Shown in pieces: positions 11,155 through 22,632 of a DNA stretch of 64,000 bases. Where the stretch lies: NCBI GenBank assembly GCA_039815185.1, contig JBCBZT010000018.1:66994-130993 (forward strand), read 5' to 3'. Position 1 is the stretch's first letter, and every line of letters begins with the position of its first letter. The stretch comes from Cyanobacteria bacterium P01_A01_bin.123 (GTDB lineage: Bacteria; Cyanobacteriota; Cyanobacteriia; Phormidesmidales; Phormidesmidaceae). Position numbers and translations under genes: made by a program. The notes beneath the pieces were generated by a model. The model worked only from the letters and a program-made list of their open reading frames with translations, had not been told where the DNA came from and made no database searches.

Positions 11155-12033
11155 ATGTACCAGCGCGCGCTCATCTGCACCGATTTTACCGATGGCATTT
11201 ATCGGTTAACCGCTTTTATTGCTGAGTTGAAAGCGGGGGGCTTACGCCACTTGGTCTTTTTTCACAATGTTCCCATTGACGAAGATCGGGGAATCCCACG
11301 CATCGATGAAGAACAGGTTGAAGCCTGTTGTAATCGGCTCGAATCGAGCCTTCCTGATCTTCCTGATGGTATTACCGTCGAGGTAAAAGTTGAATCGGGG
11401 CGGGTTACCGATAACATCTTGGAGGTTACCAAAGCCGACGAAATTGATGTGGTCATCTTAGGAGCCGCAACCCGAAATGTGCTTCAAGAGCAGTTTTTTG
11501 GGAGTACTACCAAAGAACTGCTGCAAAAAATTCCTGTTCCCATACTTATCCTCAGACCCCAATTGATTTCTGCCTACACGGCTGAGGAGTTGGCCCTACG
11601 CTGTTGTCACCTGTTCCGATACTTTCTGCTGCCCTACGACGATAGCGACAGTGCTAAGTTCATCGTTAGCCGCATTCTAGAGCAGCTTGAGGCCCACCCT
11701 TCTGGCGGCTTAGAAAAGGCTCTGCTGTTGTGGGTAATTGACGATAGCATCCGGGAAGAACTCAGGGCTGGTATGACCCCAGAAACCCTCCAGGAACCCC
11801 TAGATCAAACTGCTCAAAAGCTATCGGCAAAACAGATTGAAGTAAAAACTGAGATCCAACAAGGCGATCCTTGTGCCGAGATTTTGAAAGCGGCAGAGAT
11901 TCACGACATCAGCGCGATCGCGCTTTCATCAGGCGCTAAAGGCTGGCGACGCTGGTCAGTGCCCAGTACCACAAGCGCTATTTTGCGACAAAGCTGGCAT
12001 CCCGTTTTGGTTTATCCCACCGCTGATAGCTAG
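11155..12033 (+). CDS. Tandem universal stress protein (Usp)
   Basis: LICTDF, FFGSTT..LL...PVPILILRP and second domain LLPYDDS...HPVLVYP. Confidence 0.85.
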   Translation: MYQRALICTDFTDGIYRLTAFIAELKAGGLRHLVFFHNVPIDEDRGIPRIDEEQVEACCNRLESSLPDLPDGITVEVKVESGRVTDNILEVTKADEIDVVILGAATRNVLQEQFFGSTTKELLQKIPVPILILRPQLISAYTAEELALRCCHLFRYFLLPYDDSDSAKFIVSRILEQLEAHPSGGLEKALLLWVIDDSIREELRAGMTPETLQEPLDQTAQKLSAKQIEVKTEIQQGDPCAEILKAAEIHDISAIALSSGAKGWRRWSVPSTTSAILRQSWHPVLVYPTADS

Positions 12034-12042
12034 GTAGGAACC

Positions 12043-13590
12043 TTAGTGTCCAGGAAGGCCTTTGGCAATTCCCGAGGTTACGTCTGGATAAATCGACTCC
12101 AGTAACTTTGCAATCTTGGGTTTAAGCTTGTCGTTGAGTTCTGTTTTCAAGATGGCTTTGCTGTCTTGGGGGTTGCCCACGGAACGCTGGGGTTGGGCAA
12201 TTGTCATCCACTCTTTCAGCAGCTTGCACTGGGGAATCACAATGCTTGCTTCCGCCACATGGGCACAACGCCGCGGCTCTTCGAGGGCAAAAAAGAGAAT
12301 TTTGTAGCGACCCGTTCGAGCCAAAAGCCCTGTCATCTCTGGGCCTGACGGACTCTTCAAATCGAGATAACATGGCAACCAGCGGAGCCCCTTAGTGCTG
12401 GTGTAAACGACGGTTAACCACAGCACCATGGGATGGGGACTCATGGTACAGATAAAATTGTTATAGGGGGCGCGAATTAATTCGGATTGAATAGCCCTTT
12501 GGGGCAACATTACCCAAAGGGTAGGCCACACCTGCTCAGAAGTGCGAAACGGCTGATAAAAGACAATTTCTGCTATTGGTTTATCCTTAGGCCAAGATGC
12601 CAAAGAAAAAATCGTTGCCTCAGCACTGTTTTTAGAAGATGATTTCTTGGTGATCGGCAGTTCTGAGAGGGTTTTATTGATGCGATGACTAATGCGTAGG
12701 CCTGCGCCATACTTTTCCTCGAGGGGGGCGAGTTCATCGAGAACGGCTTTGATGCTTTGGGGTCGCTGATCCGCATCTTTTGCCAGACAGGCCATCACTA
12801 AAGATTCCAGCCGTTTAGGGATAGTTGCTCTGGGATCAATCTGGGATAGGCGTTTGGGCGTTTGGGAATGATGGGCTTTATACCAACTGCCAAAAGAGTG
12901 CGTATCAGCTCGAATCGGCATCTTGCCCGTGAGCATTTGAAACATCATCACGCCTAAGCTATAGATGTCTGAGCGACTGTCGAGTTCGCGGCCTTCCATC
13001 TGCTCTGGGGAGGCATAGGCTAAGGTGCCCATGAAGCAATTGGTTTGTTGACTGTCAGCCTGCATCAGTTTGGCGATGCCGAAGTCAAGGATTTTGGCGA
13101 GTTCTCCCAGGGTAGGATCTTGGGTTACTAAAATATTGCTCGGTTTGATGTCGCGGTGAATGATGGGAAAAGTTTTGCCCCGTAGGATGATACCTTCATG
13201 GGCCGCAACTAACCCCAGACTAATTTGGCGAGCTAAGCCTAGGAATCTGGGCACAGCCAAAGGATTCAGATTAATCAATTTGCTAAGGCTGTTGCCCCGC
13301 AAATACTCCATCACGTAGTACGGGATTTCGTCTTCACTGACGCCGTAATCGGTAACCCGTACTACGTGGATGCTTTTTTGTCCGAGTTGGGCACAGGTGG
13401 TCGCTTCTTGGACAAACCGCTCCCGCATTTTTTCATTGAGTAGGGTTTGGGATAGAAACTTAACCGCGACTTGAACTCCCCCTAGTAATCCATCTTCTGC
13501 CAGATATACCCGCCCCATCGATCCTTGCCCAACGGTTTCGATCAATTCGTAGCGGTTGGCGAGTTTTCGTCCGATGTTGTTATCTGGCAT
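12043..13590 (-). CDS. Ser/Thr protein kinase (SpkA-like)
   Basis: GQGSMGRVY, VAVK, HRDIKPSN, DFG, GTLAYASPE; probable start MPDNN at 13590. Confidence 0.9.
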   Translation of the reverse strand: MPDNNIGRKLANRYELIETVGQGSMGRVYLAEDGLLGGVQVAVKFLSQTLLNEKMRERFVQEATTCAQLGQKSIHVVRVTDYGVSEDEIPYYVMEYLRGNSLSKLINLNPLAVPRFLGLARQISLGLVAAHEGIILRGKTFPIIHRDIKPSNILVTQDPTLGELAKILDFGIAKLMQADSQQTNCFMGTLAYASPEQMEGRELDSRSDIYSLGVMMFQMLTGKMPIRADTHSFGSWYKAHHSQTPKRLSQIDPRATIPKRLESLVMACLAKDADQRPQSIKAVLDELAPLEEKYGAGLRISHRINKTLSELPITKKSSSKNSAEATIFSLASWPKDKPIAEIVFYQPFRTSEQVWPTLWVMLPQRAIQSELIRAPYNNFICTMSPHPMVLWLTVVYTSTKGLRWLPCYLDLKSPSGPEMTGLLARTGRYKILFFALEEPRRCAHVAEASIVIPQCKLLKEWMTIAQPQRSVGNPQDSKAILKTELNDKLKPKIAKLLESIYPDVTSGIAKGLPGH

Positions 13591-13765
13591 AGGCCTAAAA
13601 CGGGGGCATTGGAAGACAAGCAAAGGCACGCAAATGTATTGTGGCGTGGTGCTAAAGACATGAGAGGTCAGTTTTAACGCCCAGCTCAAAATCGCTGCAC
13701 ATAATTCGCATTTAACTTTTATCGTAGCGCCCCAACCTAGCATTCCCAACTATGGCGCTCTCAAA

Positions 13766-14239
13766 TCATGAACGGATATCTTGGCGCTCCAAAGTCGCTT
13801 CCATTGCGCTCACCAGATAATGACCCGCCATGATACCACTAGAGAGATGATATCGATTCTCCCCTACGCGATATAGGGTTTCAAACCCAGTTCTCCGTTG
13901 GCGATCGCCGAGCACCCAATATCTTTGAACAATTGATTCAGGAGCGACCCAACCTTCCCCTTCCACGCGCCCAAGCAGGCTGTGTTGTAAGACGAAGGTA
14001 TACTGGCGTTCCCCAGATATTAAACGCCCCCGATATTGCAACGCGATATCATCCATTGCACCTTCAGATTCCGAGAATTCCCCATTGGAAAACGTCAGCT
14101 TGGTCACCATTGTGAACCAGTCATCCCGGCTCCAGGCAATCAATGTCTTGCCCCTCACAAGCACAGGCATTGCGTCGCGCTCTAGCCAGTTGCCTTGGAG
14201 TGTCCAACGCCCTGGTTCAATTAAAAAGCTGTGGACCAC
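13766..14239 (-). CDS. Conserved hypothetical protein
   Basis: 157-aa beta-rich ORF co-oriented with the kinase. Confidence 0.7.
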   Translation of the reverse strand: MVHSFLIEPGRWTLQGNWLERDAMPVLVRGKTLIAWSRDDWFTMVTKLTFSNGEFSESEGAMDDIALQYRGRLISGERQYTFVLQHSLLGRVEGEGWVAPESIVQRYWVLGDRQRRTGFETLYRVGENRYHLSSGIMAGHYLVSAMEATLERQDIRS

Positions 14240-14410
14240 TAATTTGTCCTTGGAATCTATCTTTAGTTCTATATCACCCTTCCCAGAATATCGGGAATTT
14301 GAAATGGGTTGTTATGGAACTTGATCGAGTCTTTACAGCTTTATCCTGTCTTTACAGCTTGGGAAGGCCATGATCAGGAGAGACCCCTAGAGCCACATTC
14401 CAAGCTGGGC

Positions 14411-15565
14411 TTAATTTGTATTCCAAACCTCTCCTAGGGATACCGCAGTTGTGGCCCCGGTGACTTTGGGTAGATTGCTGGCTACATTGTGCCAGCGCCA
14501 GTAGGCGAGTACCGCGAATGCGATCGCTTCTTTGTGTTCAACACTGATGTTCGCCGCTTCAGTCGTCAAGATTGCCACTGGAGATAATCGCTGTTGCAGC
14601 CGCTGCCGTAGATAGCTGTTGCGACTGCCACCACCACACAGCAAGATCTGATCAGGCAATTGGGGCAAAAATCGGGTGTATTCTTGGGCGATTGAAGCAG
14701 CGGTAAAGTCAGTCAGCGTGGCCAAAATATCGGCAGGGTTCAAGTCGTATGCTGTCGCTTGCATCAGGCAAGCCTTTAGGTAGTCAGGGCCAAACAATTC
14801 TCGTCCGGTCGATTTGGGAGGAATTTGCTGAAAATACTCATGCTGTAACCAGTGATCCACGAGTGGTAAGCAAGGGATGCCCTTGGCTGCCCAAGCCCCG
14901 TTTTGATCATAGTGCTGTTGCCCGCCGGACAATTGGGCGACGGCCAAATCGATCAAACTGTTGCCGGGGCCTGTGTCCCAACCCCGAACTTGACTGATTG
15001 CCGGTTCTGGCCCGGTAGTTTGAGCCGGCAGATAGGTTGCGTTACCAATGCCCCCCAGGTTTTGCACGCAGCGATTGAAGCTGGCATGACTGAGTAAACA
15101 GGCATCTACCAAGGGCACTAAAGGAGCCCCTTGGCCGCCGAGGGCAATGTCGGCAGCACGAAAGTTACTGATGGTGGGTGTTCTGGTCAGCCGCGCGATC
15201 GCGTCTCCCCGCCCTAACTGGAGACTATAGCCTAAGGTCTGGGGTTGGGTCGGACGGTGGAAGACCGTTTGCCCATGGGAGCCGATTAACCTGGCATGAT
15301 CGCTGGCGGCTTGGTCAGCCTGAATCGAGAGAGCTGCTTGGGCAAAGGCTTGGGCGATCGTATCGTCTAATGTGGCTAAATCGGTTAGGGTGACGGGGGC
15401 ACCTAAGGCGATCGCTAAGATTTTCTGTCGCAGGGCTGGGGCATAGGCGTAAGTTGCCCCGTGAATCAACGTCACGTCAACGGTATAACCTGTGCCTGTC
15501 ACCTCAACCAGGGCGGCGTCGATGCCATCTACCGACGTGCCGCTTATCAAACCGATCACTTTCAT
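14411..15565 (-). CDS. anmK: Anhydro-N-acetylmuramic acid kinase
   Basis: [42 protein letters not shown]. Confidence 0.95.
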   Translation of the reverse strand: MKVIGLISGTSVDGIDAALVEVTGTGYTVDVTLIHGATYAYAPALRQKILAIALGAPVTLTDLATLDDTIAQAFAQAALSIQADQAASDHARLIGSHGQTVFHRPTQPQTLGYSLQLGRGDAIARLTRTPTISNFRAADIALGGQGAPLVPLVDACLLSHASFNRCVQNLGGIGNATYLPAQTTGPEPAISQVRGWDTGPGNSLIDLAVAQLSGGQQHYDQNGAWAAKGIPCLPLVDHWLQHEYFQQIPPKSTGRELFGPDYLKACLMQATAYDLNPADILATLTDFTAASIAQEYTRFLPQLPDQILLCGGGSRNSYLRQRLQQRLSPVAILTTEAANISVEHKEAIAFAVLAYWRWHNVASNLPKVTGATTAVSLGEVWNTN

Positions 15566-15660
15566 ACGCTCGCCTTAAACCACATCCGCTTTGAAAACTT
15601 GAGCTTTTAACTGCGGAAAAATCATAGCTCTGGATGTGGGGCTCTAGATGTGACTGGGGT

Positions 15661-16368
15661 TTACGTTTTGGGTAGCCGATCAATACCTTTATTTGCCCCA
15701 ACGATCACCATCACGGTACCTTCCTTGAGGCGAGTCACTGGGCTTGGGTTAATCTCAAATTTGTCAGGGGTTTCGGTTTTGCTAATAGCCATCAGGGTTA
15801 GCCCGTAGCGTTTCCGCAACTCTAGCTCCACAATGGTTTTTTGATCAAAGGACGGCGGCACAATCACTTCCACAATGCTGTGATCAGGGTCTAGCTCAAA
15901 GCGTTCGAGAATGCCAGGTTTCGTCAGCGATCGCGCCAATTCGCACCCCATCTCATGCTCAGGAAATACGACATGGTCAGCTCCCACTCGACGCAGAAGT
16001 TTGCCATGAATTTCAGACGATGCTTTGGCCACTACCCGCTTCACGCCCGCTTCTTTGAGGTTCAAGGTCGTGATAATGCTTTCCTGGATATAATTACCGA
16101 TGCCCACAATGACCGTATCCATATCAGTTACCCCTGCCTCTTTGAGGGCAGAGGGCTCAGTTGAATCTAACTGAATCGCGTGGGTTGCCAACTGCTCTGA
16201 CAAAATGTGTGCTACCCGCCGCTCATCCACATCAATACCCAAAACCTCATAGCCCAAGTGGTGCAGTGTAGAACACACTGCCCGACCAAAACGGCCAAGA
16301 CCAATTACGGTAAACTGTCGATTGCTCGTCCGTAGATTATGAAAAAAGCTCAGCGATGATAGGTTCAC
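15661..16368 (-). CDS. ktrA: TrkA/KtrA K+ uptake regulatory subunit
   Basis: VIGLGRFG RCK-N motif, GADHVVFPE, RCK-C; probable GTG start at 16368. Confidence 0.85.
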   Translation of the reverse strand: MNLSSLSFFHNLRTSNRQFTVIGLGRFGRAVCSTLHHLGYEVLGIDVDERRVAHILSEQLATHAIQLDSTEPSALKEAGVTDMDTVIVGIGNYIQESIITTLNLKEAGVKRVVAKASSEIHGKLLRRVGADHVVFPEHEMGCELARSLTKPGILERFELDPDHSIVEVIVPPSFDQKTIVELELRKRYGLTLMAISKTETPDKFEINPSPVTRLKEGTVMVIVGANKGIDRLPKT

Positions 16369-16516
16369 CTCGGTTCCTCGTGCTGTAAGCAATGGGGCCA
16401 AAGCGATAGCTATAAAGCGATGGCTACAAAAATTATCCCCTAACCCAGGATGATCGGCGATTCCCATAAGTTTATTTGCTAGGCTAGCTAAATGATCTTG
16501 GGGATGGAAAAGAGCC

Positions 16517-17680
16517 GTGAGCATTCAAATTGGTCGAGGTAAAACTGCACGCAGAGCATACGGAATTGACGAAATTGCTCTAGTCCCAGGGCTGCGGACA
16601 CTCGATCCTCAGCTTGCCGATACACGTTGGAAAATCGGTGATATTGAACGCGAAATTCCCATTATTGCTAGTGCCATGGATGGCGTTGTCGACGTCAAAA
16701 TGGCGGTTCAGCTGTCCAAGCTTGGTGCATTTGGGGTGCTCAATTTAGAAGGTATCCAAACGCGATATCGCGATCCTGAGCCCATTCTCGACAAAATTAC
16801 GGCGGTGGGGAAAGACGAGTTTGTCCCGTTGATGCAGCAGCTCTATGCTGAGCCGGTTCAATCCGACTTGATTAAACGCCGTATCGAAGAGATTAAAAAC
16901 CAAGGCGGTATTGCTGCAATCAGTATTACTCCAGCTGGTGCCGGACGTTATGGTGCAGTGATTGCTGAAGCTGGAGCGGATTTAGTGTTCGTCCAGGCGA
17001 CAGTTGTTTCTACAGCCCACCTCTCACCAGAATCGATCATTCCCCTAGATTTGGCGGAGTTTTGCCAAACGATGCCCATGCCCGTGATTTTGGGTAACTG
17101 CGTCACCTACGATGTCGCCCTCAATTTAATGAAAACAGGGGCTGCTGGTGTCCTGGTTGGTATTGGGCCAGGGGCTGCCTGTACCTCACGGGGAGTGTTG
17201 GGAGTTGGCGTTCCCCAGGCGACGGCAGTGGCTGATTGTGCGGCAGCTCGCGATGACTACTATCGAGAAACTGGCCGCTATGTCACCGTGATTGCTGATG
17301 GCGGTTTGGTAACGGGGGGCGATATTTGTAAATGTATTGCTTGCGGTGCCGATGGCGTTATGGTTGGGTCTCCATTTGCCAGAGCAGCAGAAGCGCCTGG
17401 TAGAGGTTTTCATTGGGGTATGGCTACTCCCAGCCCGGTGTTGCCTCGGGGAACCCGCATTCATGTGGGGACTACGGGGACGTTAGCGCAAATTTTGCGG
17501 GGGCCAGCCCAACTGGACGATGGCACCCATAACTTTTTAGGGGCCTTACAAACTAGCATGGGAACGTTGGGAGCCAAAGACATTCGCGAAATGCAGCAGG
17601 CGGAAGTGATTGTGGCCCCTTCACTCTTAACAGAAGGCAAGGTTTACCAAAAAGCTCAACAGCTTGGTATGGGCAAATAA
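16517..17680 (+). CDS. guaB: IMP dehydrogenase family protein (GuaB3 type)
   Basis: SAMDGVV, GIGPGAACTSR catalytic loop, IADGG. Confidence 0.92.
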   Translation: MSIQIGRGKTARRAYGIDEIALVPGLRTLDPQLADTRWKIGDIEREIPIIASAMDGVVDVKMAVQLSKLGAFGVLNLEGIQTRYRDPEPILDKITAVGKDEFVPLMQQLYAEPVQSDLIKRRIEEIKNQGGIAAISITPAGAGRYGAVIAEAGADLVFVQATVVSTAHLSPESIIPLDLAEFCQTMPMPVILGNCVTYDVALNLMKTGAAGVLVGIGPGAACTSRGVLGVGVPQATAVADCAAARDDYYRETGRYVTVIADGGLVTGGDICKCIACGADGVMVGSPFARAAEAPGRGFHWGMATPSPVLPRGTRIHVGTTGTLAQILRGPAQLDDGTHNFLGALQTSMGTLGAKDIREMQQAEVIVAPSLLTEGKVYQKAQQLGMGK

Positions 17681-17808
17681 AATTAGAAAACAACGTGGTC
17701 TGTCTGAGTCAGGCGTTTGTCAGCAAACCATGAACCCTTGTTTAAGAGTTCTCAAATCCTTGTCAGGAAGGATGGCAAATACTTAATAGTCTCTTAAAAT
17801 GGAGAAAA

Positions 17809-17875
17809 GCGGAGACGGAAGTTTCCGTTCACTCCTCACACCACACTGCGCCTGGGTGAATCACCCAGGCGTTTC
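17809..17875 (+). ncRNA. yfr1: Yfr1 cyanobacterial sRNA
   Basis: Conserved ACTCCTCACAC at 17831-17841 between two hairpins; characteristic guaB-trxA location. Confidence 0.9.
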
Positions 17876-18061
17876 CTAATGGGCATCTGGTGAATATTGG
17901 TGTTGCTGCGAGCAGCCGGGAAACCGAATCTTTTCAAGGGTTTGACTGTGGTAAGATTGCCATAAGCAACATCCGATTTTGGATCTTGAGTTTTTGACTT
18001 GAGGGAACTGTGGATCTGGATGTGATCGAGGGTTAAATAGCTGAATCAAGGATTTCTAGGC

Positions 18062-18382
18062 ATGTCAGCCGAACAGGTTACGGACTCTACATTCAAGCAA
18101 GAAGTACTTGAGAGTGAACTCCCAGTACTAGTGGACTTCTGGGCACCTTGGTGTGGCCCTTGCCGCATGGTTGCACCCGTGGTTGAGGAAATCTCGGAGC
18201 AGTATGACGGCAAAATAAAAGTTGTCAAGGTTAATACTGACGATAACCCGAGCGTTGCCAGTCAGTATGGTATTCGCAGTATTCCGACGCTGATGATCTT
18301 CAAAGGCGGTCAACGCGTTGATATGGTCGTGGGTGCTGTGCCCAAGACGACCCTCGCCAATACCCTAGAAAAGTATCTCTAA
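18062..18382 (+). CDS. trxA: Thioredoxin (m type)
   Basis: [17 protein letters not shown]. Confidence 0.96.
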   Translation: MSAEQVTDSTFKQEVLESELPVLVDFWAPWCGPCRMVAPVVEEISEQYDGKIKVVKVNTDDNPSVASQYGIRSIPTLMIFKGGQRVDMVVGAVPKTTLANTLEKYL

Positions 18383-18573
18383 TGCTTTTAGGTGTGGCGG
18401 CTGTTTGTTGTTGTATCTAAGCGCTGGATATCCGCCCTCAAATGATCACCTGAATTGGCCTAGCTTTCTCTGAATACAGGTTTATGACAACAGAGGTGTC
18501 TTGGAGTAATCTAAGATACCTTTGTCGTTCTTATGGATGTTCTAATGCTCGTCCATATTCAGATCTTTAGGCT

Positions 18574-20106
18574 TTAGAAATTTTGCTGAATGTGCTGCAA
18601 AATGCCCTGGGCAATAGCGCTAGCCATGCGTTGTTGCCATGCTGGATCATTGAGGTTGTGAACATCAACGTTGCCAGTTACAAAGCCTGTTTCGACTAGG
18701 ACTGCAGGCATTGAGGTATTGCGCAAAACGTAGAAGCGAGCACGACGTACGCCGCGATCGCGGTGGTCAATCATCTGCAAAACTGCATTGTGGATCGTTC
18801 TCGCTAATCGCAAACCAGCATCAGAATAGTAATAGGTTTCAAATCCGTTGACATCCTGACGACTGAGGTTAATAGCGTTGGCGTGAATGCTGATAAACAA
18901 ATCGGCATTCACTTGCTCGGCCAACTGGACGCGGGGGTCGAGATCAATGAAATAATCGCCGTCTCGGGTCATCACGACCTGAATGCCCTGCTGGGTCAAA
19001 ATGGCGGCTACTTGCTGTGAAATTGCCAGCGCTACCCCCTTTTCTTGAAGACCGCCGATGCCTACGGCACCTGGATCTCGCCCTCCATGACCGGGGTCAA
19101 TCACGACGACCAATCGCCTGTCGTTAGGCACGTTGGGGATGTTGGGGGGGGATGTCGATGTTGGCGGAGGTGATATGGGTGGAGCAGATGTTGGGGGGGC
19201 TGGCGGAACGGCGATCGCTTCTGTATTGGCTGCCGTTCCCTGTTGGTCAGGAATGGACGCCAGTGTCACTCCCAACGGGGGCAGTACAATGACCCCACCT
19301 AAGCTGGGAATCGGTCTTGCCCGCCATAAAGGACTTTCTGGGGCTAGGTATAGGGTAATGCGGGTTAGGGGTGGATCGGTTTGGACTAGATCTGCTGCCC
19401 ATCGAGCCACACTGTACCGATTGTTCGGTAGACTCTGAGGTGTTAAAAATCTTGAAATGGCACTATTCGGCAGTTCGATCTGAATACGGCGATCATCACC
19501 GTCTTCAATTTCTTGAACATTTATTTCAGGCAGATCGCCGGTAGTGCGGATAAAAAAGCCCTCAGAAGTGGCAATAATGGCATCTACTTGGGTTGGCGCA
19601 CTCAGCCCAGGCTCCCCGTTTACCGTGTTCACCCCAGCCACAGCAGGATTAGTGGGGGCAGCTTCCTCAATACGCTGCGCTTCAGGTAACTGAACGACCC
19701 ACTGACGGGTTGTTTCACCGAGCACTTGGACTTGCTGCGGGTCAATGGTGTAACCCGGGTTAAATTCAATCACCAGACGCGTGGTATTGGCATCAAATTG
19801 GCCTACGCGAATTTCTCGGATCGCCCCCCCCACCTGTTGATTCACCGTGGATTGTCCCAGCGATGTGCCCGGTAAATCAATCACCACCCGCGTTGGATTG
19901 AAAATCAATTGGGCTCTAGGCTGAACCCCACTATCAGTGGTAAAAAGCAATCGATTTTGTTGGTTGTCAAATCGCCAGAACTGCAAAATGGCAGCATCGA
20001 CGGGGAGTGCCATCAGCACACTGCCGAGGCAACCTAGAACTGCAGGAACTAAGCATGCAGGCAGTAATCGACGAACTTTCACGAATTCCCATTCCTTTCG
20101 GTACAC
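18574..20106 (-). CDS. amiC: AMIN-domain N-acetylmuramoyl-L-alanine amidase (AmiC-like)
   Basis: NPTRVVIDLPG AMIN domain; IDPGHGGRDPGA, SIHAN, PAVLVETGF Amidase_3; start uncertain. Confidence 0.88.
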   Translation of the reverse strand: MYRKEWEFVKVRRLLPACLVPAVLGCLGSVLMALPVDAAILQFWRFDNQQNRLLFTTDSGVQPRAQLIFNPTRVVIDLPGTSLGQSTVNQQVGGAIREIRVGQFDANTTRLVIEFNPGYTIDPQQVQVLGETTRQWVVQLPEAQRIEEAAPTNPAVAGVNTVNGEPGLSAPTQVDAIIATSEGFFIRTTGDLPEINVQEIEDGDDRRIQIELPNSAISRFLTPQSLPNNRYSVARWAADLVQTDPPLTRITLYLAPESPLWRARPIPSLGGVIVLPPLGVTLASIPDQQGTAANTEAIAVPPAPPTSAPPISPPPTSTSPPNIPNVPNDRRLVVVIDPGHGGRDPGAVGIGGLQEKGVALAISQQVAAILTQQGIQVVMTRDGDYFIDLDPRVQLAEQVNADLFISIHANAINLSRQDVNGFETYYYSDAGLRLARTIHNAVLQMIDHRDRGVRRARFYVLRNTSMPAVLVETGFVTGNVDVHNLNDPAWQQRMASAIAQGILQHIQQNF

Positions 20107-20461
20107 GATTGAAGCGTTGCCTAACCTTGTGCATCCAGGCCCTTTTGTAACATGACCAGGCAGACAATGATCAAGCTAGATTTAATCGGTTGCTTGATCT
20201 CTCCGCAAACCCTACGCATCCTAGCACTGTCCACTTAATTCCATGGCCTATTCGAATTGTGAGTCCCAAATCTTGAAAGAAGCTTGACCTGGGTTGTATT
20301 GGCTTCTCAGGATACCATTGCCGCAAAACCTTGCATTGCTTAGGTGAATCTTGAGTTTGACTGGGCATAACACAGGTTCACGCCCTTGCGTTTTTGGGAA
20401 CCTTTGTACTCTGCCACTGGTCGAGTTCTCAAGATGCCTGACCTGTTAGTTAGTTTGATCC

Positions 20462-21853
20462 ATGCGTGTCGTCGGAAGTATTATTCTATCCCTAAGCCTG
20501 CTGACTGCTGCGAGTTTACTCCCACCTGTACGCAATTCAGTTTGTCCCTTGGCAGCTTGGGCGACTCGAATCGTTGACTATGGCAATGATGGCAACGATG
20601 GTCGCGATGGTCGCAATGGGGAAACTGGGCAACCGGGCACTAGCCAGACAGTTACGGCTTCAGGGACGGCGGCGGTGTTTAATCTTGTCGGTGGAGATGG
20701 CCGCAGGGGAGAAGATGGCGCGGACGGCCATCGACCGGTTTGTGGGGGGCAACCCCGTGATGTCGACTATGATCTGCAAGCCCCGGATGGCGGTGATGGC
20801 GGTGATGGCGGTGACGGGGGACGAGGGGGTAACGGCGGTAACTTGACTCTGTACTACCAAGATCTGACCAGTTTGAGGCAGATTTTGGTGAATGCTGAAG
20901 GCGGCCAACCGGGTCGGGGTGGACGGGGTGGTGCGGGTGCAGCAGGTTGTGACTGTCGCGATCGCCGGTGGGAAAAGCAAACCTGTACCGGAACCCCAGG
21001 CCAGTCAGATTATAGCTGTAGCACCGAAACCTTTATTTGCGAAGATGGTGACTATGGTCGGCGCGGACGAGATGGCCGGGATGGCCAAACGGGTCAACCG
21101 GGGCAGCTGTATGTTATCAATCAGCTAGCGCCCTTAACAGCTGATCAGCCCAGTCGTAACCTGAATCTTTCAGCTCTGGCTGAGGATGTTGTTGACCTCT
21201 CAAAGAATCTTTGGGAAACCCGCAGTGGGGCATTGGCTCTATTGGCCCCTGGCTCTGTCATCAGCAGTGATTATCAAGAATATGTCGGACGAGCTGAGGG
21301 CCAGTTTCGCCTCAATTGGGAAGCCCCTCGCCCGGTCGGTGAATTTGCGGCAGATGGGGCAACCCTGGCAATTCAAGCCAACGGCCGCATCGAGTTTGAG
21401 CTAAGTGATAATCTCTGGGTCGATCAAACCACAACCTATGAGAATGGCATCACGACCGCAACGATTTCTGGTATTTTGCGGGCTAACGAAGTAACGCAAC
21501 TGGCCTTTGGTGAGATTAGGGGACGCAGCAACGGTTTGGCCGTAGCGGTTGTCGATCTAGCGGGACAAGCTGAATATTTAGATACCCAATTTCGGTTAGT
21601 CTTGCGCACCTCTAATGATGATCCGCGCGACACCGTGCGACCACGCTACACTACCCGCTATGACAATGTGATTCCACAGGATTTGATCAGCCGCGATTAT
21701 AACCGCTACCAGTTAGCCATTGGTCGTCTACCCATTAGGGGCCAGCATCTGAGCACGGGTACCCCTGTCCAGATTGAATTACATATGACGCGTACTTTTG
21801 CGGGACGAACTGCTACTCAGACGATTGATTGGCAGGGGCAGATCGACCGCTAA
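20462..21853 (+). CDS. Secreted collagen-like (Gly-X-Y) protein
   Basis: Signal-like N-terminus; interrupted GXX runs with a Cys-rich insert. Confidence 0.75.
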   Translation: MRVVGSIILSLSLLTAASLLPPVRNSVCPLAAWATRIVDYGNDGNDGRDGRNGETGQPGTSQTVTASGTAAVFNLVGGDGRRGEDGADGHRPVCGGQPRDVDYDLQAPDGGDGGDGGDGGRGGNGGNLTLYYQDLTSLRQILVNAEGGQPGRGGRGGAGAAGCDCRDRRWEKQTCTGTPGQSDYSCSTETFICEDGDYGRRGRDGRDGQTGQPGQLYVINQLAPLTADQPSRNLNLSALAEDVVDLSKNLWETRSGALALLAPGSVISSDYQEYVGRAEGQFRLNWEAPRPVGEFAADGATLAIQANGRIEFELSDNLWVDQTTTYENGITTATISGILRANEVTQLAFGEIRGRSNGLAVAVVDLAGQAEYLDTQFRLVLRTSNDDPRDTVRPRYTTRYDNVIPQDLISRDYNRYQLAIGRLPIRGQHLSTGTPVQIELHMTRTFAGRTATQTIDWQGQIDR

Positions 21854-21860
21854 TCGATCA

Positions 21861-21885
21861 AGGACGTAAAGCTGTACGCCCCTAC
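21861..21885 (-). repeat. GTAG-type REP palindrome
   Basis: Minus strand GTAGGGGCGTACAGCTTTACGTCCT between convergent genes. Confidence 0.6.
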
Positions 21886-21917
21886 CGGAAAACTATGGAT
21901 TTGGATGTGATCACGGC

Positions 21918-22451
21918 TTAAAGCGCTTGAATCATACGCTGCTGATACTCTTGTTCGGTCATTAAATCATCAACTTTTTCGACCCGATCGAGAAAGACCT
22001 TGCCTTCGAGGTGGTCATATTCGTGTTGAAAAATTCGGGCCACAAAATCGGTAAAGAGGGTGCATTGGCGATAGCCATTGCGATTGACATATTCCACTGC
22101 GATTTGCTTATGACGGGGTACTAAGCCGCGTAGACCAGGTACACTCAGGCAACCTTCCCATCCCTTTTCAATTTCATCAGATTGAGACACAATGCGTGGA
22201 TTAATGATTGCCGTCGGTTCCATGGTCGGCGCGTGAGGATAGCGGAGATTGGGGCGAGAGGCCAAGATAAACAAACGCTTTGACTCCGCTACTTGAGGCG
22301 CAGCAATGCCTACCCCGTTAGTTGCGACAGCTGTCGCAATCAAGTCGTCTATTAAGATTTGGATGGCTGGTAGGTGTACCTGTGTAATAGGCTGAGCTTG
22401 TGCTCGCAGGCGGGGATCGCCCAATTGGATAATGGTTAGAGGAGATGTCAT
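21918..22451 (-). CDS. def: Peptide deformylase
   Basis: GVGIAAPQ, EGCLS, QHEYDHL. Confidence 0.95.
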   Translation of the reverse strand: MTSPLTIIQLGDPRLRAQAQPITQVHLPAIQILIDDLIATAVATNGVGIAAPQVAESKRLFILASRPNLRYPHAPTMEPTAIINPRIVSQSDEIEKGWEGCLSVPGLRGLVPRHKQIAVEYVNRNGYRQCTLFTDFVARIFQHEYDHLEGKVFLDRVEKVDDLMTEQEYQQRMIQAL

Positions 22452-22632
22452 TGGCGGTGTGAGTTAAATTTTGGATTGCAAGGGCCGATCTCTAAGATAA
22501 CGAACGTGAGAGGCTAGGAATAATTTGTCGGTGTAGAGGGGGCTGGTCAGCTGGAGCCCTCCGGTTAAGCAAAATACAAATCCAGCCATTGGATTCGTTA
22601 AAATAGAAAAAACGTAAAGAATTATTGAGCAT

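Noticed and set aside
16369..16524. N-terminal extension of the TrkA ORF in the track
   Set aside because: Overlaps the divergent guaB start and promoter region; homology begins at GTG 16368.
20574..21080. GGCGGTGAT-type short tandem repeats and alternative-frame ORFs
   Set aside because: Explained by the Gly-X-Y collagen-like coding sequence.
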